DNA from: Antechinus flavipes
Lineage: Eukaryota
DNA: 64,000 nt
Direction of reading: 5' to 3'
NCBI RefSeq assembly: GCF_016432865.1
Contig: NC_067401.1
Location: forward strand, 482,918,001 to 482,982,000
Part shown: in pieces, positions 51,580-63,178 of the stretch
Numbering within the stretch: the stretch's first letter is position 1
Layout: each line of letters begins with the position of its first letter
Program-made: the position numbers and the translations under genes
Notes under the pieces: generated by a model
The model's database searches: none
What the model was told of the DNA's origin: nothing
The model's input: the letters and a program-made list of their open reading frames with translations, nothing else

Positions 51580-51702
51580 TTTTTTTTTTTTTTTCTGAGG
51601 CATTTGGGTTTGACTTGCCCAGGGCCACAGAGCTATGATTTGAACTCAGGTCCTCCTGACTTTTCAGGACTGGGGCTTTATCCACTGTACCAACTAGCTG
51701 CC
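51580..51702 (-). mobile_element. WSINE1-type SINE, internally deleted
   Basis: Poly-T then 'ctgaggcatttggg...gatttgaactcaggtcctcctgac...tatccactgtaccaactagctgccc'. Confidence 0.75.
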
Positions 51703-52785
51703 CTCTCACTAATTTTTAAATGATTTTTATTTTCAATTTGTTCTTCCTGCATTTCCTACCAAGGGAACCGCTTTTTCTAAGGAAAAGGAAAGTCATTAAA
51801 CAAAACAAAACCAATCAATGCTTTAATCAAAGGAAGAACAAACATTTATTAAATGCCTTCTACATTCTGGGCATTATGCTAAGCGCTTTACAATTATTAT
51901 CTCATTTGACCCTTACAACCACCAAAGGTACTGTTGGTATCCCCATTTTGCAGAGGGAGTAATTGAAGCAGATAGAGGCAAAATGGACTTGACTCAAGTC
52001 ACAAAGAAGGTTTTCCTTTCTCCCAGCCTAGAACTCCATCTGGGTTTTCATAGCTGCCCCCATCAAGCCCCACAGTGTATATGCTACTTTCCAGTTCTTC
52101 AAGGGAGGGAGAAGGAGGTACGTTCTCCTATGTCTTCCTTAAGTCTAGCTTGAATTGTAATTACACAGAGTTCAGGTCTTGCCTGTGACATGTGCCAATC
52201 CTGGGTTTTTAACCTATTTCTACCCTAGTGTCTAAGCTATTCTCTAAGATTGTAAATTGCAAAGATGATGGTAGCCAACAATGGTCTCCTTCTTACGAGA
52301 CTTTTATATCAAGGAAATATCAGGGTTTTCTGGAGCTACTAATCTAAAAATTATTGACTTGGAGGTAGTTTGTGAATTTTAAAAAATGGCTTTAAATCTA
52401 TTTCAGCATAATCCTGTGAATCCTACACATTTATTTTACGAATTGAAAAACATAAGGCCTCATAGTCTGCCCAAAAGTCTGCTCTAGTCCAACCCTCTGA
52501 TTTTATGCATCAGCCTTCTGATTTGAAATGTGATGGTTTTGTTTGTTTGTTTTTCTGGTCCCTGGAGCTTGGCCTTCCTCTACCTTTTAAAGAACACTTT
52601 ATTAGATTTTTTCCCTTCCTTCTCCTTCCTTCATATGTTCATGTTCTTAATTATCACACTAGATTGCTAACTTAGTGACTTAAAGCTAAACACTTTCAGT
52701 TCATCTTTATTATTCTAAAGCCCAGCCCAGCCCTTACACAGAATGGAAATTTGATAAATATTAATTGAATGTAGCATCAGAAAAT

Positions 52786-53005
52786 ATCCCACTCTCTCCC
52801 TCTCTCATCAGTTTCTATTGGAAAAAGGAACTCCCAGCATGGACAATCCTTCCAGATTTATTGACTGATGTGTCTTAGTGGTCAGAGTGTTTGTACAGAT
52901 CCCACCCTCTCCCTTTCTCATCAATTTCTATTGGAAAAGGAACTCCCAGCGTGGACAATCCTTCCAGATTTATTGACTGATGTGTCTTAGCAGTCAGAGA
53001 GTGTT
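52786..53005. repeat. Two-copy tandem duplication, 113-bp period
   Basis: 'atcccac.ctctccct...ggaactcccagc.tggacaatccttccagatttattgactgatgtgtcttag' at 52786 and 52899. Confidence 0.92.
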
Positions 53006-54084
53006 CAAATGGCTTGCCTAGAGCCAGTACACGTCAGAAGTGGAATGTGAGCCCCCATCTCTTAGATCTGACCAGTTTTTTATCTGCTGAGCTAGGGTAC
53101 TAATTGCTTATTGACTCTTATCTTGAAAATAAATTGGCCCAAACCAGTGGCTGGCTTGTTGGGGAACAACTGGCGTGTCAATCCTGACAGCTGTAAAAAA
53201 CATCAGAAAATCTCCCCATTAGCCTTCTTGCTTTTGCCCAACAGAAAGGATTTTAGAGTTCATCCCGAGTCAGGGTGAGTGGGCCCACACTGCGCCAGAA
53301 AGGCCCGCTGGATGCCTTGTTGGATGGCCTCCAGACACACATGGAGGACTCGATGTTCAAACTGGATTCATCCTCCTCAGCAATGTAAACACAGCCTCTT
53401 CCAGCCCTTTTCTCCCCTCTGATTACGCAAATTGTTTTGTATTAATTACTAACACTTGTGCTGTGCTCAGACAAATATTATGACAGTTTATTCATGTGGA
53501 CAATATTCCATTGAATCTTTATTTGTTGAATTGCTACCAGGTGCTTGGCACTGTGCTGGGGTCTGCCAGGGGGTCTCCGATGAGGAGCTCTAGGTCTCAC
53601 TGAGGAATGAGACGATGCAGAAAATAAATCTGAGTTAGCTCAACAGATGACATCTTTCCCAGTTCTCAGGGCAGTGGGTGGTGAGGAGATAAAGCTTGGA
53701 AATTGAACATTGGAAATGTGGTATGATCTGGTTATTTCCCAGGGGGGAATCTTTTTGGAAATAAGTGGATAGCTAAGGCTGACTTTTAAAGGTGAGGTTA
53801 TATAGGTGGTGAGGAGATAAAACTTGAGACTTGTTCAGATGCTGCCTTAGACACCTGCTACTTAGGGGATGTCATTAAACCTTGATTTTCTAGGAAACTT
53901 TGAGACTCTCAGTCACAGGGAGGGTGGTAACCTGCATTGGAAGTGTGAGATTCCTTCTACATAAGTTCCCTATGTCAATGAAATTCTTGTCCCTAATGAT
54001 TTAACAAATGTGAGTAAATTTATTAGAAATAGCCATTTTCTTCTTCTTAGAACAGTGGAATTCATCTGATCATAGAATCCAGAG

Positions 54085-54275
54085 CCAGAGATCCTTAATC
54101 TGGGGTCCATGAATTTAAGTTTTTAAAATATTTCAATCATTCTACTTTAATCTATTTCTATTTGTGATTTTATGCATTAAAAACATTATTTTGAGATTAG
54201 ACCTATAGAAAGAGGTATTAAGGTTTCCCTAAGCTACAAAGGGGTTCATGACACAAAAACAATGAAGAACTTTTG
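54085..54275. mobile_element. Old hAT/Charlie-like MITE of a second family (related fragments near 2870-3090, 21323-21500, 46165-46205, 52365-52480)
   Basis: 'ttaatctggggtccatga...ttttatgcattaaaaacattatt...ggggttcatgacacaaaaa'; the same motif set recurs at the listed positions. Confidence 0.55.
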
Positions 54276-55505
54276 AAATAGAAGGTGGGTTTTGAGACAT
54301 CAGGTCTACTCCATCACTTTACAAATGAGGTAACTGAGATTAGATGGCTTATCCCCAGTAGCGACAGGAAGCCAAATCTCTGATTCCAATGGGCAGCAAG
54401 GGAGTGCGATGGATGGAAGACCAGAGTCAGGAAAACTTGAGTTCAAATCCAGTTAGATACTTACTAGCTCTATGAGCCATTTCATTCTGTTGGCCTGTTT
54501 CCTCATCTGTAAAATGAACTGGAGAAGGAAATGGAGAGTTGGATACAACTGAACAATAACAAAGGGATTCCAAATTTACTATTGTTTTCCCAAACGGTCC
54601 TGCTCCCCCTCCCCCCCAATAACCAAAGGTAGTGGCAGCATACACAGTAAGGATACATGTTATTATAGTGTTTCATTTTTCCTCATTTTTGCTTATATTC
54701 ACCTATAGAAATTCCACTCTACTTGAAAATGTGGTATAATCTGGTCATTTCAGGGGGAAGCTTTTTGGAAATAGGTAGATAGCTAATGCTGACTTTTAAA
54801 GGTAGCTCATTGTTAGTCTTCTCAGCTACTCTTAGTTCATAAGCATTTATTAAGCACCTACAGTGTACCACACACTTTACTATACAATAGGAATATAATA
54901 TATATATTATAGTAATTTAGAACTGAAAAGAACTTACAGATCACTCAATCTAACTCTTATTTTTTGCATAGGGAAACTGAGGCACAGCAAGGTTATAATT
55001 CCTCAGTATCAATCATTTTTTTGATGCATGGTGTGTGTTTTTGTGGCCATTTCCAGGAAGAAAGAGTATTGAATTTAGAATTCAGAAGAATTCAGTTCAA
55101 ATCTTGGCCTTTCTGTGTGAACTTGGGCAATCCCATCCACAACAATAACAACAAATATTTTATGACACTTTAAGTTTGCAAAGATGCTTCATGTGTGCTA
55201 TATTATTTGACCCTCACATCAATCTTATGAAAAATACTATTATTTCCCTCATTTTTCAGATAAGTAGTAAAATCAGTTGCAGAGAATGACACAATAATGA
55301 GTGTCTGCAGCAGATTTCCGCATCAGATCTTCCTGATTAAAGTTGAGGACTCTTATCTCGTGATATCTGGCTGCTTTAAACTCTCTGGACCTCAGTTTTT
55401 TCTTCTGTCAAATGACCAAGATGACTTATGAGGTCTCCTTTGTAGTTCTAAGCTTGGGATCCTATGATTTTGATAAATTATGAATCCTACTTAAAAACTA
55501 AGGAT

Positions 55506-55653
55506 TGAGGGATAGCTTGGTGGCTCAGTGGTTAGAGCACTAGTCCTGAAATCAGGAGCCCCTTAGTTGAAACAATTAATACTTTCTAGCTGGGTACCCT
55601 AGGCAAGTGACTAAACCCCATTTGCACCAAATCCCCCCAAAACAAAAACAAAC
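55506..55653 (+). mobile_element. WSINE1-like SINE with 12-bp TSD
   Basis: SINE body flanked by AAAACTAAGGAT at 55494-55505 and 55654-55665. Confidence 0.8.
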
Positions 55654-56448
55654 AAAACTAAGGATGACTCTCTATTTGATTAAACATTTACCAACCCGAT
55701 AAATATTTTATTGAACGTTTCATATGTGAAAAATAATATATCATTGGTTGATTATGAACTGGGTAGAGGGAAAGGGAGATACTGGCAGTTTGGAGAGAGA
55801 AATTTGAGTTGAGGGAATCAGGATGGGATGAGGGATGGCTTTACTGAGGAGGCGGTCTACGAGCGTGGGAAGGATTTCGACAGATGGAGACAAGGGGGAA
55901 GTAGACATGGGAATGGGCACCAAGACTCAACAAAATAGGACTGAGGATTGATGAGGAATTCAGTTGAAATCTTGGCTTTTCTGTGTGAACTTGATCAGTT
56001 CCATTATCATCGCCATCAACAACAATAACGACAAATATCGTATAGCACTTTAAAGTTTGCAGAGGTGCTTTATTTGTATTATCTCATTTGACCCTCACTT
56101 CAGTCTTATAAAATAGATACAATTGTTTCCCCCATTTTACAGATGAGAGTAAAAGTAAAAGTCAGTTGGTGAGAATGACAGAACTAGTAAGTTTTTTCAC
56201 TGAAAATTAGTGCATTAAAGTGAATTATTTGCAGTTTATGGAAGGTCTTTCATGCTGGCTTAAGAGTTTATTATTTTTTAAATTGAAGTATGTGAGGATT
56301 TTTTTCAACATTGATCCTTTTGTTTTATTCTTAAGGTAATTGGGGAGCTGCTGGACATTTTTGGAGGGAGCACCCCCAGATTGCATTTTTAATTTCCTAT
56401 GAATAATCAAAGCCTGACAATTTCCCATTTGAGTGCTCAGAAAGGTTT

Positions 56449-56629
56449 AGATCAATTTCCCATCCAGCATCCTCAGCTGAGATCAGTTTCCCATCCAGCA
56501 TCCTCAGCTGAGATCAGTTTCTCATTCAGCATCCTCAGTTGAGATCAATTTCCTATCCAGCATCCTCAGTTTCCCATCCAGCATCCTTAGCTGAGGTCAG
56601 TTTCCCATCCAGCATCCTCAGTTGAGATG
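56449..56629. repeat. 31-bp minisatellite x~6 (GATCAGTTTCCCATCCAGCATCCTCAGCTGA)
   Basis: Directly visible repeated unit; one copy is internally deleted. Confidence 0.92.
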
Positions 56630-56648
56630 ACCTCACAAGACCTGACCT

Positions 56649-57130
56649 CGCTTCAGGTTTTGAAATGCCCCTCCCCCATTCTCAGCCCTCCCTGGTTGAG
56701 ACCGACAGCTGCCGTAGCACGGACAGAGTAACTTGATCGAATGACGGACGTCTCTCCTGTGCTCTACCCCTGCAGATCAGTCACAGCTATTTTGGAAAAC
56801 CGGCCGGGGGGAGGGAGGGCGGGTTGACGTCCAGGCTTTCACGCCTGCGCAGTGAGGGCAGCTTCCCAGATCCCGGGCGTCTTGTGCTCATCTTTCATAA
56901 CAAAACCCGGGGTTGGGACTCGCTGCTTGAAGTCAGCAAAACTGGAGCGGTTCTTGAGCGGCGGTGTTTACTTTGATCGTTTTTCAGCTTTTGTGCCCCG
57001 GCCGCTTTACGAATACAAATTGCTTTAGCAGAGGAACGGGGCAGGAGCCGGGAAACTGTTTTTGTACTTTGGTTGCCATGGTGATTCCTAGCCTTCCGTG
57101 AAATAACCCTCTCTAGGGAAACGGGAACCT
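56649..57130. promoter_or_regulatory. CpG-island-like intronic element (candidate internal promoter/enhancer)
   Basis: About 28 CpGs in ~480 bp by hand count against a CpG-poor background; GC-box, NRF1-like, FOX and RFX-like motifs. Confidence 0.55.
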
Positions 57131-57554
57131 CTGCAGCTGTCTCAGCCTTGGGGTAGCTCTGGTTCACAAACATTGAGGTGGCCAGCTTTGGAGTCAAGAG
57201 CAGAAACTTGGGGAAATAGTGGGTCCCTTTTGCTACAGATACTACAGAAATCCCATCCCCCACTCCATCCCATGTGGATGAACCCCCAGTTTAATGGGGA
57301 TCACAAGAGGGAAACTCTAATTAAATGGTAGATTGCCAATTATGACTTCAATGTTTGGGATTTGGAGAGGATGATTATTATAGCTTGTACAGCCAAATTT
57401 TGGGATGAGTGTAGGGTAAAGGCTATGAAAATGTCAGGGGATTAGTCAAAACTTGGGTGCTAACAAAACTTGGGTGAATGTAAGGAGAAAAGTTTCAACC
57501 TCAAAATGAGAAACAACTTTGAGCTTAATAATATTACCTTGTATGTCTGTCCAG

Positions 57555-57980
57555 TTGTTTTTCATTCAAGTCTGATTCTCTGTGATCCCATTTTGGGGTT
57601 TTCTTGGCAAAGATTCTGAGTGGTTTACCCAGTGGTTCTCAAACTTTTGTTTTCTATCTTTATCCTATTAAAAATTAAAAATTATTGAGGAGCTCTCCAA
57701 AGCGTTTTTATCTGGGTTATATTTATAGACATTTACCATATTAGAAATAAATACTATTTTTGAATTTGTAGATCCTCTAAAAGGGTTTCAGAGATCCCCA
57801 GGATTCTCTAGACCATACTTTGAGAACCACTGGGTTTACCATTGCCTCTCCAGGTAATTTTATAAACTGAGGCAACAAGGCGAAGTGCTAGTCATTGTCT
57901 GAGGCTGTATTTGAACTCGGGGAAATAAATCTTGATGACTTCAGGATCAGCTCTTTTATTCACTGAATCACCTATTGCCC
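57555..57980 (-). mobile_element. MAR1-type CORE-SINE split by the hAT MITE
   Basis: The tail/core sequence resumes after the 57833-57840 TSD. Confidence 0.7.
57630..57832. mobile_element. hAT/Charlie-type MITE (Charlie1/MER33-like deletion derivative) nested in a MAR1 SINE
   Basis: Perfect 14-bp TIRs CAGTGGTTCTCAAA / TTTGAGAACCACTG and perfect 8-bp TSD GGTTTACC (57622-57629, 57833-57840). Confidence 0.92.
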
Positions 57981-58634
57981 CAATATTGCATTATATGGAA
58001 TGTAATTTGCTGTATTCACAAAGGAGCTAAGATAATATCTAACAGTTATCTAGTGCTTGCTTTGTACCAGAGACTGTAATAAGTGCTTTACAATTACATA
58101 ATAAGGGAATCTCCCCTTTGCCCTCTACCCACTTCACAAACCACCTTGGATGGTGTACTATCTCATATTGGTTCTCTCAATAACTCTGGGAGACTGAAAA
58201 TCTTACTATCCCCATTTTACAAATGAGGAATCTAAGGCAGAAGTAAAATGGCTTTGCCCAGAGTCACAAAGTTAATAAATGTCTGAGGCTAAAGTGGATT
58301 ATAACAATCTTTCCTTGGGTTACAGGCAGGGTGGCATATGGATGTCTGGGAAGAAGAAGTCATTCTAGGGGCCCAAGTAGTCCTTGTGGGAAACCTTGTT
58401 TCCTCCATCTTGGATGGCTGTTGACTTTGTGGAAAGTTACAAGGAGAAAGCTTTTTGAGCAGTACCCTTGCCCATCTTCGCTTCATGCCAGGGGGCTCAT
58501 GGAAAGTCACAGGGTGTTTAGTACAGAGCCCACTTAAAGGCCTTTTAGCGAGCACTGTAATCATTGAGTTTTAATAAATGGTTATCTAGCGAACTTACTA
58601 TACACTCAGCATTAATTACTGACGGTCTATTCCA

Positions 58635-59764
58635 TTCAGGATCTCGACCTCTCATTTCTCAGCCTCTGCCCCTTGGCCACATCCCTTCTCATTAATGAGC
58701 TCTTTTTCGGTGAAATTATAACCATTTTCCTACTTGCTAGTGAACTTTCCAGATAGGAAAAGAAGAGAAAGCCATAACTTAAGAATAAGAATTATTAGCC
58801 TGAGATCTGCGAACTTAAAAAATATTGATAATTGATATTTCAATTTCAGTAAAACTTTAAAATATAACTACATTTACATTTCAATATAATTTTAAAATAT
58901 AACTATATGTCAATATTTGATAATTATAATAATAAATTAATTTATATTTAATTTTCAATATAACTATTTCAATAAAATATTAGTGGCTATAATTCATAAT
59001 ATTAATGTATGATAACTATATTTCAGTTTCTTTTGGAATTTGTATTTTATTTTCTGCATTTAAATGCATCATTCAGATGAGGGGTTCATGTGTTTTATCA
59101 GACTTCCAAAGGATAACCTTCTCCCCCCAAAAACCCAAACCCATAAACCTAGAATTTGTATAGAGCCTACTACTGCTCAACATTATACTAACAGCTTTAT
59201 AATATTGTCTCATTTAATTCTTACATTGGTCCTGGGAAGTAGGTGCTATTATTATTACTCCTATTTTGCAAATAAGGAAACCAAGGCAAACAAGTTCAGA
59301 TCCTACTTTTAACATAGTATTGTGTGCCCCATCAGCAAGTTATTTAATTTCTCAGGGATTTAGGTGGTTCTCTAAGTCACAGAGAAGGTAGTAGTCTATA
59401 CTGGTACAGGATCTCCTCATCTTAGAGTTTCTTATATTGAAATTTAAATATAATAATCAATATTGAAATATAGTTATCAGTATTTAAAGTTAGATTGAAA
59501 TGTAAATATTGTTACCAATATTGAAAGAGTTATCAATATTTTAAAGTTTTACTGAAATTGAAATATAATTATCAATATTCTTTTAAGTTCACAGAACTCA
59601 GGCTAAGAATTCTTATTCTAAACTATGGTTTTTTCATCTTTTTCTACCTCGATAGTTCACTAACAAGTAGGAAAATGGTTAGAATTTCACTGAAAAGTAC
59701 TCATTATTGAGAAGGGATGTGGCCAAGGAGCAGAGGCTGAGAAATGAGAGGTTGGGATCTTGAA
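58635..59764. repeat. Long inverted repeat: arms ~58635-58960 and ~59431-59764, spacer ~470 bp
   Basis: 'cctctcatttctcagcctctgccccttggccacatcccttctc' vs 'gagaagggatgtggccaaggagcagaggctgagaaatgagagg'; complementarity continues inward. Confidence 0.93.
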
Positions 59765-62700
59765 GCTAGTGGATGGTAGCTCTTTCTGTTTCTTTTTCCA
59801 ATCATCATGTATATTGTTTTACTGGTCCTGATTTTTTCAGTATCAGTTTGTCTCTCCTCATAATTTTCATACTTAATTCCAGCATAGTAACTAATCTTCT
59901 ATCTCATTCAATTATCACAATATATATATATATCTGGCCATTTTCCCAATAACAGGGTATAACTTTGTTTCACATTGTTTATTATTATAAATTTTTATAG
60001 GTTTACAGATTATAAATATTTATGGTATATATGAAACTTTTTTTTTTTTGGTAATTGACCTCTGAGTATACACCTTTCTTCTAGTTTTTTGGGTCAAAGA
60101 TAGGGATATTTCAGTCATTTTGCAAATTACTCCCCTGAATGGAAGCTCCATTGTAGATAAGACTTTTTCAAAACAAATTTCTCTGTCACTCTGTTTTGTA
60201 GGTAGACAATTTCACAACCTTCTTAGAAAACTAATACATTAAACCTTAAAGACTTTTCATTCTAATGTGATCTCAGGAATTCATGTTCCCCAGGTTTCTA
60301 CTCTTTGGAAAGGCTTTAGAGTAACTCATCATGGTGTGCCAATCTTTGCACTAAATAGGGATGCCTTCTATTACTTTTTCTTGGATCTTCTTACTATTCC
60401 TTGTAACAGACTTAAGCAATTAGAAAGTTGACATCATTCACAGTACTAAGAATGCTCCTTTATGAGTTTTCCCCTAATCCAAATTAGGATTAATTTGGTA
60501 ATAAAATTAATTAATTTGGTGTTGCCGACCCCATTGATTTGGATATTAATTTCCAAGAGTGAATGTTTTTCCCCTATGTCTCTGGAATCTTTGTCAAGCC
60601 TGTTTGATTAATTGTCTCTAGCATTTCCTGTCTAAGAGAGATACAGTTCATTTTAAGAAATTCTTGTATTTATTTAATTAAAAATTGTTGTCTTCCAATT
60701 TCTGCCCTTTGGTCCAAGTTTTGAATCCATATAAAATAATTCTACCCAGTTCATATGAAGAATGGTAGGGATGTTGCTTAGGGAGATGATGTGGATTAAT
60801 GGCAAGAACGCTGACTCTGGGTTCTATTTTCATTTTTGAAAATTTGAAATTACCTTGAGTAATTCACTTAAATTGTTTGGACCTCAGTTTCCTCATCTGT
60901 AGAAATTAGAGTATGGCCTCAAGGGTCCTTTCCAGGCCTAGATCCATCAACCTGCTTTTAAGAATCTTGGATTAATGAGAACATTTGCATTTTTAAACAT
61001 CCAAGGATTTAAGATAAATCTCCCATTTTTCTATAGAAAAGAATCATATAGCAGATTAAATGGGGATTAGATATCCATTTACCCTCCTTTGAGACGGGCC
61101 ATTAGCCAGACATCTGTCACCGATGTTCAATTACACAGTAATCAATCGTACATTACCAGCCTGATCATTTTGGAGGTGGTGCTTTTGAAATCAGTATTGT
61201 TCAGGGAGCTGTGATTGCCCTTGACAAATGGCAGTCTTGGGCTGAGTAACCTAATATTCAAAAGCCAGCAGCCCAAGAGGAAGCTTAATGCTTGATCTTT
61301 TTTTTTTTTATTTAAAAAATTAGCTTGTAGCAACAGTTGACATGGCTGCCTTCTCTATTTACATGACACCTATCATCAAAGTATTTAGTGGGTATTTTAG
61401 CAAATAATCTTCTACCACCCTTGTAGCACAGATGTGTATATATAACACCAACAAACCCAAGCATAAATGGGGGAAAATGCCAAAATAGAGGCAACCAGAG
61501 GATGTAGAGTAGCCGACTTGGATGCAGGAAGACCTGAGTTTGAATCCTCCCTCAGACCCTGACTACTGTGTGACCCTGAAGAAGTCACTTTATGGCTCAG
61601 CTTCAGTTTCTCAGGATATGGGGGTAATGGTAGAACCTTCCTCCCAGGGTCGTTGTGAGGATCCCATCAAATGAGATAATGTATACAAAGAGTTTTGGAA
61701 ACCTTTAAGTACTGATAAATGCTTTTATTACTGACAATAATAAAATTTTATTTATGTATTTAATATGTTTATATAATAAATATAATTTATTATATTTTGA
61801 AATCAATTTTTTAAATAGAGAATAGACTCTTCCTAGACTTCTCTTCATTGATCTCTGGGATATCTTCTCTGGATATCAGCCCTTGGGATGCTTTATCTCA
61901 CTCACCCCCAGATTCTCACCATTTTTTTCCCTCCTCTTTTTTCTCTTCCTCCTCCTCCTCTTCCTCTACTTTCACCATCTCCTCTTCTTTCTCTTTGCCT
62001 AATACATTGCTATTGGGTTCTTAATTATCCTTTCCTTAATGCTTTCCAGCCCCTGCCCCCATATAGAGTATGAGATCTGTGAGGTATACATTAAGCACTT
62101 AATAAATGCTCTTTTAACGTCTCTCTAACTTTCTGTCTTAAGCTTTCAGCTTTGAAAAGTATTATATAGACGTTATTTAACATAATGCAAAGTTGTGATG
62201 CTTATGTAATTATTTTCAAATAATTTTTCTTTCTGAAGCAGCTCAAGGCCCCAAAACAGTATTTTAGAAACAATATTGGAGACCTTGGAAGAAAGTTAGA
62301 AAATATGACCTAAGCTTAAAGAAACTATGAATGAGAAATTGAAAACACTTACTCAGGTCAACAAGTATATAAATATTTGATTTTCTTAAATATTTGAGTT
62401 TCTTAAATGTACCAAGAGCTTTTTTCAAACCATAATTTCAAATAATTCCTTCCTTCTTCTTTTATATTTTTCCTTGTCCTTCCTCTCCTTTCTTTCCTTT
62501 CCAGTCCAGACCAATGATCTCTTTGTGGTAGGGAATCCGTAGGGAGGAGTTCTCCCCACTGAGACATATCTATAAGTGTTCTGTAACTTGTCATTTTAAA
62601 GAGCTGCCAGGAGCCCTGCAAAATAAATTATTTTTTCCAGGGTCATACAGATAGTATGTGTCAGAGACAACACTTGAACTTGGGTCATCTTGACCTAAGA

Positions 62701-63178
62701 CTGGCTTTCTAATCATTATCTCACAGAGCCTTGTATAAACTAAATACTTGATAAAAATTTTTTGAATTGAACCGAATAAAAATCGTCCTTGGTTGTGTGT
62801 TTGTGGTCTGGAAGAGTAATTATTCCCATGTGTCAGAGGCAGATAGGTGGCCTATTGGATAAAGTGCTAGGATTGGAGTTGGGAAGGTCTTAAGTTCAAA
62901 TCCAGCATCATATTCTTATAAGCTGAGTGAGTGTCCCAGTATATATTATGAAACCTGTGTGCCTCAGTTTTCTCATTTGTAAAATGGGAATAATGATATC
63001 TCATACCTCCTAGGATTATTCTGAAGATCAAATAAAATGATACTTTTAAAGCACAAAGCTCCAAATCAAGGCTCTTTGTTATTATTATATTTTACCTCTG
63101 TGAATAGCTTAGGCCCTATGAAAAATGACCACAAAGGACCTGTGGGAAGACTCTATTTCCTTTAGACACTTTTATGCT

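Noticed and set aside
56895-57263. 122-aa minus-strand ORF in the CpG element
   Set aside because: Expected by chance in GC-rich DNA; no homology recognised.
58635-59764. Inverted repeat read as a large DNA transposon/MITE
   Set aside because: No TSD, no known TIR motif at the outer ends, and a spacer made of SINE debris.
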